Shown here in pieces: positions 8,972 to 18,296 of a DNA stretch of 64,000 bases (positions within the stretch are counted from its first letter, which is position 1; the number at the start of each line of letters is the position of its first letter). Origin of the DNA: Gammaproteobacteria bacterium (GTDB lineage Bacteria; Pseudomonadota; Gammaproteobacteria; Natronospirales; JAIVGZ01); contig JBBEAN010000008.1 in the NCBI GenBank assembly GCA_040882865.1, positions 556,437 to 620,436 on the forward strand. Direction: 5' to 3'. The notes beneath the pieces are model-generated. The model made no database searches. It was given only the letters and a program-made list of their open reading frames with translations, and had not been told where the DNA came from. Both the position numbers and the translations under genes were made by a program.

Positions 8972-10412
8972 CGCTGCGGAACCTCATCTCGAAGCCGGCG
9001 CCGCCGAGGTCCTCGCTGCGGTACACGATGAGTTCGGCGCGGTGGTCGGCCGCGACGCCGAGGACGATCGCGAGCCCGAGTCCGCTGCCCTCGCCGGGCG
9101 CCTTGGTGGTGAAGAACGGGTCGAACATGCGCTCGCGCACCGCATCGTCGATGCCGGGGCCCGAATCCTCGACGAACAGGGCCGGGTCATCGTGGTGCAA
9201 GCGCCAGCCGACCCGGACCGTACCGCCCGGTGCTGCCTGCGCGGCGTTACGCAGCAAGTGGCCGAGCGCCTCGCGCAAACGGCCAAAGTCGGCACGCGGC
9301 ACGTCCGCATCGCCATCCGGAAGTCGCACGTCAACGAGTGTTCCTTCGGCGCGGCAGCGCTCGCGGGTATCCGTCGCTGCGAGCGACACGAGTTGCCTTA
9401 GCGACACATCGGCGAGCGCCGCGTGGCTCGCGCGGCCGAAACCGAGCAGTTGCCGGATCACCGACGACATCCGGTCCACCGCATTGCGGATGCCGATCGA
9501 AATATTCCCGAACTGAGTACCGGGCTCGGCGATGCGCGCGAGCTTCTGTGCGTGCGCGTCGACGACTGCGAGCGGCGTGCCGAGCTCGTGCGCAACGCCC
9601 GACGCGAGCCGGCCGACCATCGCGTACTTCGCGCTCTCGCGCAGCCGTGCCTCGAGTTTTTCTTGATGTTCGCGCTTCGCCGCGAGGTCCGCATCCTTCT
9701 CGATCATCGCCTCGAGCATGCCGTTGAAGCGGTGAGCGAGCTGGCGCAGTTCGCCCGGACCGCGTTCTTCCGCGCGCACCGAGCTATCACCCCCAGCGAC
9801 CGCATCCATCGTGTGCTTAAGCGACTGTAGCGGCCGGCCGATCGCGAGGTAGTGGCCGACATAGACGAGGATTCCGAACAAGACCGCGCCCATCAGCAGC
9901 AGCCAGACACCGTTGCGCCGTAACTGCGCGAGGTAGGCGCGCATCGCGCCGGCGTCGCGCGTGACTTCGAGCAGGCCGATCACCTGGCCGCTCGTTGCGT
10001 ACAAAGGCACGAAGTACGAGTACATCTCGCGCCCGCCGACTGACGACGCGTACTCGCCGCCGGCTGCTTGGGTCCCGGGTCCGGCAACCGCGCGCCGTGG
10101 CTGCCGCACGGCCGGGTCCTGGTCCGCGGCCGCGACAAGTTCGCCGTGCTCGTCGTAGACGTACACGCCGTAGACGCGCCCCGTGCCGTACGCCGACCAC
10201 AGCGCGAGATCGAGTTCGCGGTCGCTGCGGCTCTGAAGCGACCGGCTCATCGGCGCCTGCAGCGTCCGGGCAATCAGCTCAATGTCCTCCTTCATGCGGT
10301 CCTCGATCCGCTCTTCGAGCGCCTGCACGGCTAAAAGCCCCACCGCGAACGCGACGAGGAGCGGCAGCGACACGAGGACGATCAGGACCAGGCGGATACC
10401 GATGTTGTGCAT
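8964..10412 (-). CDS. sensor histidine kinase (periplasmic sensor, HAMP, HisKA, HATPase)
   Basis: H-box SGVAHELGTPLAV and G-boxes DSGPGI / GEGSGLGLAIV. Two TM helices flank a periplasmic domain of about 150 aa. Overlaps the regulator gene by 8 nt. ATG 10412 (MHNIGIRLVLIVLV) is preferred over the longer track ORF. Confidence 0.85.
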   Translation of the reverse strand: MHNIGIRLVLIVLVSLPLLVAFAVGLLAVQALEERIEDRMKEDIELIARTLQAPMSRSLQSRSDRELDLALWSAYGTGRVYGVYVYDEHGELVAAADQDPAVRQPRRAVAGPGTQAAGGEYASSVGGREMYSYFVPLYATSGQVIGLLEVTRDAGAMRAYLAQLRRNGVWLLLMGAVLFGILVYVGHYLAIGRPLQSLKHTMDAVAGGDSSVRAEERGPGELRQLAHRFNGMLEAMIEKDADLAAKREHQEKLEARLRESAKYAMVGRLASGVAHELGTPLAVVDAHAQKLARIAEPGTQFGNISIGIRNAVDRMSSVIRQLLGFGRASHAALADVSLRQLVSLAATDTRERCRAEGTLVDVRLPDGDADVPRADFGRLREALGHLLRNAAQAAPGGTVRVGWRLHHDDPALFVEDSGPGIDDAVRERMFDPFFTTKAPGEGSGLGLAIVLGVAADHRAELIVYRSEDLGGAGFEMRFRSDA

Positions 10413-10605
10413 GGGGACCAGCGTAGCGTGCGCGTGCGCATGTGCCGATTTGGCAAAAACCCTATATGGAGCCGGAAAAAGCGGGGTTTTTCCCCCGCTG
10501 GATTCAGTCGTGTGCCAGATTGTCCCAACCCGCGGAAAGGTCAACGCTTGACGCACCTACCGCGAGAGGCGCCCCACTCAAGGCTTTTCGCCATTCGAAG
10601 TGTTC

Positions 10606-10621
10606 TGGCATGGGCCTTGCA
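10606..10621 (+). promoter_or_regulatory. sigma-54 (-24/-12) promoter
   Basis: TGGCATgggccTTGCA matches TGGCAC-N5-TTGCW, with GG at 10607-08 and GC at 10619-20. It lies 45 nt upstream of ATG 10666 and is divergent from the sigma-54 regulator operon. Confidence 0.65.
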
Positions 10622-10665
10622 TCTATGTCAGCACACTCAAACTTTACCTTGAAGGAGGTATACCA

Positions 10666-11556
10666 ATGCATCTGACAAAAGCACTGGCAGCACTGAGCGC
10701 CGGGTCGCTTCTGTTGATCGGGCACTCGACACTCGCCTACGCACAGGATGATCCGTATACGGACGACACACGCGACGAGCAGTCGACCGAAACCACCACG
10801 CAGGACGACACTTGGTCGAGCGACACCGAGACCACAGCCGATGCCGACGTGGACATGCAGGATGATTCCGATGTCGAGTCCGACTCGACGATGGACACGT
10901 ATGCCCAGAACGAGGATGACGAGTACAGCGCCGAAGTGGATGTCGACTCGAGTTCCGAGTCGGATTCCGACGTGTACGCGCGTACCGAAGATGACGAGTT
11001 CCGTGCCGACGTAGACGTCGATGCGGAAAGCGACACCTATGCTGCGACCCGGGACGACGATGAGTTCCGTGCCGACGTAGACGTCGATGCGGATGCCGAC
11101 AGCGACACCAGCTCGTCGACCTACGCGCAGACCGAAGACGATGGCTTTGACGCCAGCGCCGACGTGAACGCGGATGTCGACAGCAGCGCTTCGCCGGACC
11201 TGCAGGAGCAGGTCGCCCAGATTGACGTCGAAGTGGACGTCGACGCGGCGAAGATCGAGGAGCTCGCGCAGATCCACGTGGAAATGCAGAAAGAGACCCG
11301 CGATCTTGCCGACCAGATGTCGGGCGCCGGTTCGACTGCAGACGCGCAGGAACTTCAGGCGCAGATGGTCGACCGCCAGGTCGAGGTGATTGAACGCCAC
11401 GGTTGGACCCGCGATGAGTACAACGCGGTCGTCGACACCGTGAACGAGAATCCCGACCTCCGCGCGCAGTTCATCGAAAATGTGGTGAACAGCGATACCG
11501 CGGTCGCGCAGACTGAGTCGGAAGACCCGGCTGCCGAGGAAGACACCGACTGGTAA
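10666..11556 (+). CDS. secreted, highly acidic repeat protein with C-terminal DUF4168-like domain
   Basis: GGAGG RBS and signal peptide MHLTKALAALSAGSLLLIGHSTLAYA. About 190 aa are dominated by D/E/T/S with repeated Y-A-x-T-E-D-D-E-F-R-A-D-V-D-V-D-A units. The C-terminus (ELAQIHVEMQKE...WTRDEYNAVVDTVNENPDLRAQF) resembles DUF4168. Confidence 0.7.
   Translation: MHLTKALAALSAGSLLLIGHSTLAYAQDDPYTDDTRDEQSTETTTQDDTWSSDTETTADADVDMQDDSDVESDSTMDTYAQNEDDEYSAEVDVDSSSESDSDVYARTEDDEFRADVDVDAESDTYAATRDDDEFRADVDVDADADSDTSSSTYAQTEDDGFDASADVNADVDSSASPDLQEQVAQIDVEVDVDAAKIEELAQIHVEMQKETRDLADQMSGAGSTADAQELQAQMVDRQVEVIERHGWTRDEYNAVVDTVNENPDLRAQFIENVVNSDTAVAQTESEDPAAEEDTDW
10996..11093 (+). repeat. intragenic tandem duplication (66-nt period) in the acidic protein gene
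   Basis: The 32-nt string GAGTTCCGTGCCGACGTAGACGTCGATGCGGA occurs identically at 10996-11027 and 11062-11093. Confidence 0.85.
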
Positions 11557-11655
11557 AAGCAGCGGTCAAGTCCGGCCCTAGCAGACGCATCGGTACGAAG
11601 CAGTAGCAGTGAGTCGTCAGCCGAAGCAGTAAACGTACCGATTTAGGTCCGGCAA

Positions 11656-11689
11656 GCGCCCGTCAGTCCCTGACGGGCGCTTTTTTTTT
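11656..11689 (+). terminator. rho-independent terminator
   Basis: 10-bp stem GCGCCCGTCA / TGACGGGCGC with a 5-nt loop, followed by a run of nine T. Confidence 0.8.
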
Positions 11690-11692
11690 GGT

Positions 11693-11950
11693 TCAATGAT
11701 TGCGAAGCGCGCTGATCAACTCGCCTTTGTCCATTCTTGACCGGCCGTCGATGCCGATTTCGGAGGCGCGCTTTTCCAGTGCCTCTTTCGTCCAATCTTC
11801 GTAATCACCGGCTTTACCGCCTTTCCGTCCGACGGCTTCGCGGCCTTCGTTCGCCGCAGCGTTCGCGATGCGGGCGGCTTTCTCTTTGCTCGCGCCGTCC
11901 TTACGCAGTTCCTGGTACGTCTCTTCATCTTTGATCTGTTTCGATGGCAT
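11693..11950 (-). CDS. small Rho_N (SAP-like) domain protein
   Basis: 85 aa. EETYQELRKDGASKEKAARIANAAA... and the C-terminal KGELISALRNH are typical of small Rho-termination-factor-N-terminal-domain proteins. Confidence 0.65.
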   Translation of the reverse strand: MPSKQIKDEETYQELRKDGASKEKAARIANAAANEGREAVGRKGGKAGDYEDWTKEALEKRASEIGIDGRSRMDKGELISALRNH

Positions 11951-12048
11951 GAAGGGGCTCCTCCGCTCCGGGTGTGCACGGGATGGTCGCAGGGGCGGGT
12001 CGTCTGGTATGTTGGCTGCCTCACACAGTGCATTGAATTGGAGGCTTT

Positions 12049-13836
12049 ATGCTTCGCCGCGCCCTCGTTATCGTGATGTTGCCCATCTTCCTGCTCGCAG
12101 GCTGCGCCCAGGAGGAGGCACAGACGCAGACCGCCGCCGACGCCGGCGCCGAACTCAACGCGCTGTTCGAGCGCCATTTCGAACAGAACCTGGAGCTGAA
12201 TCCGCTCGGTTCGACCTTCCTCGGCGAACGGCGGTACAACGACCGCTTCCCGAACAGCATCGGCCCTGAACATCGCGCTGAGCAGCTCGCGCTTGAGCAG
12301 CGATTCCTCGAGGAGATTCGTGCAATCGACCCATCGGGGTTGGGTGAGCAAGATCGGCTGAGTTACGAGATGTTCGTTGCCGACCGCGAACGCGCAATCG
12401 CCGGCGAGCGCTTCCCGAACCACTTGATGCCGTTGAACCAGTTCTATTCGACGCCAAATTTCTTCGTGCAACTCGGCTCCGGTTCGAGCGCGCAACCGTT
12501 CGAGACGGTCGAGGATTACGAAAACTTCTTGAGCCGTATCGACGGGTTCGTGGTCTGGGTTGACCAGGCGAAAACCAACTTCCGCGAGGGCATCGAGCAG
12601 GACGTGGTGCTGCCGCGCATCCTCGTCGAGCGCACACTGCCGCAGCTCGCCGCACATGTCGTCGACGACCCGGAGCAGAGCCTGTTTTGGCGCCCCATCA
12701 CGAACATGCCGGACGCCATCATCGGCGACGATCGCACGCGGATCATGGATGCTTACCGTGCTGCAATCACGGACCAACTCGTACCGGCGTACGCCGGGCT
12801 GCATGATTTCCTGCGCGACGAGTACCTGCCGCATGCACGCGAGACGGTGGGTATGAATGCGTTGCCGAACGGTGAAGAGTGGTACGAATTCCGCGTCGCG
12901 AACATCACGACGACGGACCTCACCCCGGCCGAGATCCACGAAATCGGTCTCGCCGAAGTCGCGCGCATCCACGAAGAAATCCGCGGGGTGATGGCCGACG
13001 TGGGTTTCGAGGGAACGTTGCACGAATTCTTCGTTTACACCGAAACCGATTCGCAGTTCTTCTACGAAACGGGTGAAAAGTTGATCCAGGGTTACCGCGA
13101 CCTGCAGGCGGTTGTCGACCCTCTGTTACCCGCGCTGTTCGACCTCGCGCCGAAGGCGAATTACGAAGTTCGCGCGGTCGAGCCGTTCCGTGAGCAGTCC
13201 GCGGCCGGCGGTTCTTACATGCGGCCATCGCCGGATGGCTCGCGGCCGGGCGTTTTTTATGCGAACACGTACGACATCAAGGCGCGCCCCATTTGGGCGA
13301 TGGAATCCCTGTCGCTGCATGAGGCCTCGCCGGGCCATCACTTCCAGCTTTCGATCCAGCAGGAGCTCGAAGGCCTGCCGCGCTTCCGCCGCTTCGGCGG
13401 CTATACGGCGTACACCGAGGGCTGGGCGTTGTATGCCGAGACGCTCGGTAAGGAACTCGGCGTGTACACCGACCCGTATCAGTATTACGGGGCGCTGTCC
13501 GCGGAGCTCTGGCGCGCGATCCGGCTCGTTGTCGACACCGGGTACCACCACCACGGCTGGACACGCGAGCAGGTGCTCGAGTACATGGACGCGAACTCGG
13601 CGACGGCACCCGCGCGAGCGATTGCCGAGGCCGAACGCTACATCGCCATCCCGGGCCAGGCGGTCTCGTACAAGATCGGCCAGCTGAAAATTTCCGAGCT
13701 CCGTGCGCGCGCGGAGCAAGCGCTTGGCGATCGCTTCGATGTGCGCGCATTCCACACCGAAATCCTGAAGGACGGAGCACTTCCGCTCGACGTGCTGGAG
13801 GGCAAAATCAATCGGTGGATTGAGACCCAGCTATGA
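12049..13836 (+). CDS. DUF885 family lipoprotein (metallopeptidase-like)
   Basis: Lipobox LLAGC. HEASPGHHFQ motif typical of DUF885. 595 aa. Confidence 0.8.
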   Translation: MLRRALVIVMLPIFLLAGCAQEEAQTQTAADAGAELNALFERHFEQNLELNPLGSTFLGERRYNDRFPNSIGPEHRAEQLALEQRFLEEIRAIDPSGLGEQDRLSYEMFVADRERAIAGERFPNHLMPLNQFYSTPNFFVQLGSGSSAQPFETVEDYENFLSRIDGFVVWVDQAKTNFREGIEQDVVLPRILVERTLPQLAAHVVDDPEQSLFWRPITNMPDAIIGDDRTRIMDAYRAAITDQLVPAYAGLHDFLRDEYLPHARETVGMNALPNGEEWYEFRVANITTTDLTPAEIHEIGLAEVARIHEEIRGVMADVGFEGTLHEFFVYTETDSQFFYETGEKLIQGYRDLQAVVDPLLPALFDLAPKANYEVRAVEPFREQSAAGGSYMRPSPDGSRPGVFYANTYDIKARPIWAMESLSLHEASPGHHFQLSIQQELEGLPRFRRFGGYTAYTEGWALYAETLGKELGVYTDPYQYYGALSAELWRAIRLVVDTGYHHHGWTREQVLEYMDANSATAPARAIAEAERYIAIPGQAVSYKIGQLKISELRARAEQALGDRFDVRAFHTEILKDGALPLDVLEGKINRWIETQL

Positions 13837-14816
13837 TTCGAACCCGAAATATCCTTCTCGCCGGTTGCGCGCTGGCGGTTGCGGCCTGTTCGACAACGCC
13901 GGAGGACCACCACGAGCGATTCCAGGCCGTGAGCCACCCGCCGGTGATGCTGAGCCACCTGCACGCACTCGCGCGTTCGAACAACGACTTGCGCCGCAAC
14001 TCGCTCGTCGCGATGCTGAAGACCCACGGCTTGGAACCGGAACTGACCGAGTTTCCGAATAGCTTCCCGGACCGCGGCGATCCGCGCGGGAGCGGTACGA
14101 ACATCAGCTTCACGGTCGGCGAGGGCGAGAAGGAAATCATCGTCGGCGCGCATTACGACGCGGCCCGACTTGCCGACGGCTCGATATCCGAGGGCATGGT
14201 CGACAACGGCGCGAGCGTGATTGCGCTCATTCATGTCGCGGACGAACTGCGCCAGCACAGAGAGACCAACCACAAGGTCCGCTTCGTATTTTTTGATATG
14301 GAGGAAATTGGGCTCGTCGGGTCGCGTCACTTTGCCCAATCGCTCGACCCTGAGAAGGTCGTCGCGATGATCAATCTCGACGTCAATGCTTACGGCGAGA
14401 CCGTGTTCTATGGCGCGACGCAGCACGGCCACGCGCCGCTGTACGACGCGATGCGCGCCGCTTGCCGCGATCTCGAGCGCGAGTGCGTTGATTTCCCCGA
14501 CTATCCGCCGAGCGACTACCTGAGCTTCGAGGAGGTTGCGATTCCGAACGTGTCGCTCTCCGTGCTACCGCGTAGCGAGGCGTACGAGCTGTGGCTCGCA
14601 ATGAATGCAGGCGCGACCACCCGCTTCGCCGACGATTTCGTCCCGGGCGTGTTCCGCCGGATCCACAGCGACGGCGACACCTTCGAAACCGTCCAACCCG
14701 CAGCAATCGTCGCCGTGTGCGACGTCGTCCTCGGCCTGCTCCACCACCTGAACCACGTCGAGTTCCCGCCGCGCGAACCCGACCCCGAAATACCGATGCG
14801 CGAGCCCGTTCCCTAG
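13833..14816 (+). CDS. M28 family peptidase, lipoprotein
   Basis: Lipobox VAAC. M28 metal-ligand context (IIVGAHYDAA, DNGASVIALI, FVFFDMEEIGLVGSRHF). ATGA overlap with the upstream gene. Confidence 0.8.
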   Translation: MIRTRNILLAGCALAVAACSTTPEDHHERFQAVSHPPVMLSHLHALARSNNDLRRNSLVAMLKTHGLEPELTEFPNSFPDRGDPRGSGTNISFTVGEGEKEIIVGAHYDAARLADGSISEGMVDNGASVIALIHVADELRQHRETNHKVRFVFFDMEEIGLVGSRHFAQSLDPEKVVAMINLDVNAYGETVFYGATQHGHAPLYDAMRAACRDLERECVDFPDYPPSDYLSFEEVAIPNVSLSVLPRSEAYELWLAMNAGATTRFADDFVPGVFRRIHSDGDTFETVQPAAIVAVCDVVLGLLHHLNHVEFPPREPDPEIPMREPVP

Positions 14817-14822
14817 CGCGGC

Positions 14823-16382
14823 ATGAACCTGCCGACGAAGTCATTGGCGCAGGAGCGTTTCGGCCTGATTGTTCATCCGACGGTGTTTTTCGCGTCGGTC
14901 GCGCTCATCGCATTCTTTGTAATACTCACGATCGTCGCGCTCGGCGACATGCGTATCATTTACGCGGACATACAGAGCTGGATCGCCGAGAATCTCGGCT
15001 GGCTGTTCATACTCCTCGTGCAGGGATTCCTCGTATTTTCGGTGGTCCTCATGCTCACGCGGTTCGGCCGGGTGCGCCTCGGCGGCGCCGGCGCGAAGCC
15101 CGCGTATTCCTACGCCGGTTGGCTATCGATGTTGTTTTCGGCCGGGATGGGCATTGGACTCGTGTATTGGGCCGTCGCAGAACCGGTGATGCACTTTTCT
15201 GCGCCGCCGTTTGCGGAGCCCGGAACCGCGGCCGCCGCGAAGGAGGCGATGCAGTACACCTTCCTGCACTGGGGCCTGCATGCATGGGGAATCTACGCGG
15301 TGGTGGCCATCTCGCTCGCCTATTTCGCGTATAACCGCGGCCTACCGCTGACGATTCGTTCCGCGTTCCACCCGCTGATCGGCGACCGCATCTTCGGCTG
15401 GATGGGTGACGTGATCGACATTCTGGCGGTGCTCGCGACGATGTTCGGCATCGCGACCTCGCTCGGCCTCGGCGTAAACCAGATCGGCGCCGGAATCGGA
15501 CACGTGTTCGGCGTAGAATCGTCGACCGCGCTCGAAATCTTCCTGATCTTCGCGATCACGCTGCTCGCGACCACCTCGGTCGTGCTCGGGCTCGACAAGG
15601 GTGTGAAGCGGCTGTCCGAGGGGAACATGATCCTCGCCGCCGCGCTGATGACGTTCGTGCTGCTACTGGGGCCGACGCTGTTCATCCTGAAATCTTTCGT
15701 GCAGAACACCGGCGAATACCTACAGAACTTGTTCCAGCTCGCGAGTTGGACCGAGGCCTACCGACCCGACGCCGATTGGCAAGCGGGGTGGACCGTATTC
15801 TATTGGGCGTGGTGGATCGCGTGGTCCCCGTTCGTCGGCATGTTCATCGCGCGCGTGTCGTACGGACGCACGATCCGCGAATTGATCCTCGCCGTGCTTG
15901 CGGTGCCGACGCTGATGACGCTGCTGTGGATGAGCGTGTTCAGCGGCGCAGCGTTGTCGGGCGCGCTGGCCGGCACGAGCGACATCGTCGCGGCCGTGAA
16001 CGAGAACCTGTCGACTTCGCTGTTCGTGCTGCTCGAGGGCTTCCCGTTGAGTTCGTTGACGTCCGGCCTCGCAATCCTGCTGATCATCGTGTTCTTCGTG
16101 ACCTCATCCGACTCCGGCTCGCTCGTGATCGACACGATCACGTCCGGCGGCAACACCGACCCACCGGTCGTACAGCGTGTGTTCTGGGCCGGCACCGAGG
16201 GCGTCGTTGCCGCGGCGCTGCTCCTCGGCGGCGGTCTTGGCGCGCTGCAGACTGCGTCGATAACGACCGGCCTGCCGTTCTCGATCGTGCTCGCTTTGAT
16301 GTGCGTCGGGTTGTTGAAGGCGTTGATGCACGATTACCCGGCGCCACCGATTCTCGGCCGCCGCAAGCTCACTTCGACGTAG
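14823..16382 (+). CDS. BCCT family (betaine/carnitine/choline) transporter
   Basis: Signature Trp-rich segment WTVFYWAWWIAWSPFVGMFIARVSYGRTIRE. 12 TM helices. Confidence 0.9.
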   Translation: MNLPTKSLAQERFGLIVHPTVFFASVALIAFFVILTIVALGDMRIIYADIQSWIAENLGWLFILLVQGFLVFSVVLMLTRFGRVRLGGAGAKPAYSYAGWLSMLFSAGMGIGLVYWAVAEPVMHFSAPPFAEPGTAAAAKEAMQYTFLHWGLHAWGIYAVVAISLAYFAYNRGLPLTIRSAFHPLIGDRIFGWMGDVIDILAVLATMFGIATSLGLGVNQIGAGIGHVFGVESSTALEIFLIFAITLLATTSVVLGLDKGVKRLSEGNMILAAALMTFVLLLGPTLFILKSFVQNTGEYLQNLFQLASWTEAYRPDADWQAGWTVFYWAWWIAWSPFVGMFIARVSYGRTIRELILAVLAVPTLMTLLWMSVFSGAALSGALAGTSDIVAAVNENLSTSLFVLLEGFPLSSLTSGLAILLIIVFFVTSSDSGSLVIDTITSGGNTDPPVVQRVFWAGTEGVVAAALLLGGGLGALQTASITTGLPFSIVLALMCVGLLKALMHDYPAPPILGRRKLTST

Positions 16383-16403
16383 CGCCTACGGTATCATCGT
16401 CGG

Positions 16404-17324
16404 ATGGATACCAGTCACATCAATCGCTGCCTCGACCAAGTCAACCGCGTCATCGTCGGCAAGTCGCATGAAGTCCGACTGTCGGTCGCCTGTCTTCTCG
16501 CGCACGGCCATCTGCTCATTGAGGACGTGCCAGGCGTCGGCAAGACCACACTCGCCCACGCGCTCGCGCGCACGCTCGGCCTGCGCTACCAGCGCATCCA
16601 GTTCACCTCCGACATGCTGCCCGCGGATATCATCGGTGTGTCCGTGTTCGAGCGCGATGCAGGCACGTTCCGGTTCCATCCCGGGCCGATTTTCGCGCAG
16701 CTCATCCTCGCCGACGAGGTGAACCGAGCGACGCCGAAGACGCAGTCGGCGTTGCTCGAGGCGATGGAAGAACACCAGGTCACCGCCGAGGGCGAGACAC
16801 GGCCGTTGCCCGACCCGTTTTTCGTGATCGCGACGCAAAACCCCTTGCGGCAGATCGGGACGTTCCCGCTGCCGGAATCGCAGCTCGACCGCTTCCTGAT
16901 GCGTATCACGCTCGGGTTCCCGGGCGAGGACGCCGAGCGCCTGTTGCTTCGAGGCGAGGACCGGCGCGCGATGGTGTCCCAGCTCACCCCATCGGTCGAG
17001 GCGGCGACGCTGGTCGCGTTGCAGCGCCAGGTGCGTACGGTCCACGTCGCTGACGCGCTGCTCGACTACGTGCAGGCGCTTCTCCGCTACAGCCGGGAAG
17101 CGGCATCGTTCGACAGCGGTCTGTCGCCCCGCGCGGGCCTCGCGCTGGTGCACGCCGCGCAAGCGTGGGCATTGATGGATGGGCGCGATGCGGTGCTGCC
17201 CGAAGACGTACAGGCGATCGCACCGGGTGTGTTCAGTCATCGACTACGAGGCGCGGGCGACCTCGCCGACGCGCACGGTGAGCGACTCGCGCAAACGCTG
17301 CTCGCCGCGGTAGCGGTCCCCTAA
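16404..17324 (+). CDS. MoxR-like AAA+ ATPase
   Basis: Walker A DVPGVGKTT, Walker B LILADEVNRATPKTQSALLEAMEE. Typical size of 306 aa. Confidence 0.9.
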   Translation: MDTSHINRCLDQVNRVIVGKSHEVRLSVACLLAHGHLLIEDVPGVGKTTLAHALARTLGLRYQRIQFTSDMLPADIIGVSVFERDAGTFRFHPGPIFAQLILADEVNRATPKTQSALLEAMEEHQVTAEGETRPLPDPFFVIATQNPLRQIGTFPLPESQLDRFLMRITLGFPGEDAERLLLRGEDRRAMVSQLTPSVEAATLVALQRQVRTVHVADALLDYVQALLRYSREAASFDSGLSPRAGLALVHAAQAWALMDGRDAVLPEDVQAIAPGVFSHRLRGAGDLADAHGERLAQTLLAAVAVP

Positions 17325-17330
17325 GCGCCC

Positions 17331-18296
17331 GTGATTGCGGCGCTGCGTCGGCGCTGGTCCGATACGACCCAGGCCTGGTTGCTCGCGCGCCAGGGGCGCG
17401 ACAGCGAACGTGCCGTCCTGCGACGCGGCCGCATCTACATCCTCCCGACCGCGTTCGGCTTCGTCTACGCGTTGTTCGTGTTCGGCCTGTTGCTCGGCTC
17501 GATGAACTACACGAACAGCATGGGATTCATCCTGACCTTCCTGCTCGGCGCACTGGGGCTGCTCGCGATGCACCATACCCACCGGAACCTGCTCGGTCTT
17601 GTCATCGAGCGCGGCCGCGTGGAGTCACCATTCGCCGGCCAGCAGGCGGTGTTCACGCTGCACGTGACCAACCCGAGTGACACGCGGTGTTGGGCAATCG
17701 GCGCGGACAGTGAAGCGATGCCATCGTGGTTCGTCGACATTGAGCCGCGCGACTCGGCGCTGTTGCCGCTGCCCGTCGCCGCGCCGCGGCGTGGGTTGCT
17801 CGCACTGCCGTCCGCGCGCGTCTACACGCGGTATCCATTCGGCCTTTTCCACGCGTGGGCCGTACTCCATATGGACCTGAGGGTCATCGTATACCCGAAA
17901 CCTGCGGCCGCGGCCCCGCCCGTGCCGACCTCGGATGGCGACGGTCGCGGTACGCTCGAAGCGCGCGGGCAGGACGACTTTGCGGGTCTGCGCGATTACC
18001 GCGCGGGTGAGTCACCGAGACAGATCGCATGGAAGGCGTTCGCGCGCGACGAACAGCTCCGCTCGAAACAATTCAGCGGCGCGATGCAGTCGGCGCCATG
18101 GTTCGAATTCGAAGCGCTGGACGGTATGGATACCGAGCAGCGTTTGTCGGTGCTTTGCCGCTGGGTGCTTGACGCCGAACGCGACGGTCTGCGCTACGGG
18201 CTGCGACTGCCGGGCACGGTCATCGAGCCGGCGGGGGGCGACTCGCATCGGCGCGCGTGCCTCGAGGCGCTCGCGCTGTACGAGCCCGCGCGATGA
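17331..18296 (+). CDS. DUF58 domain protein (MoxR partner)
   Basis: Position immediately after MoxR. Two N-terminal TM helices. DFAGLRDYRAGESPRQIAWKA motif. Confidence 0.8.
   Translation: MIAALRRRWSDTTQAWLLARQGRDSERAVLRRGRIYILPTAFGFVYALFVFGLLLGSMNYTNSMGFILTFLLGALGLLAMHHTHRNLLGLVIERGRVESPFAGQQAVFTLHVTNPSDTRCWAIGADSEAMPSWFVDIEPRDSALLPLPVAAPRRGLLALPSARVYTRYPFGLFHAWAVLHMDLRVIVYPKPAAAAPPVPTSDGDGRGTLEARGQDDFAGLRDYRAGESPRQIAWKAFARDEQLRSKQFSGAMQSAPWFEFEALDGMDTEQRLSVLCRWVLDAERDGLRYGLRLPGTVIEPAGGDSHRRACLEALALYEPAR

Noticed and set aside
11716-13023. 435-aa ORF on the minus strand
   Set aside because: It lies antisense to the well-supported DUF885 gene and the small Rho_N gene. The composition is Arg/Ala/Val-rich, typical of off-frame ORFs in GC-rich DNA, and I recognise no motif.
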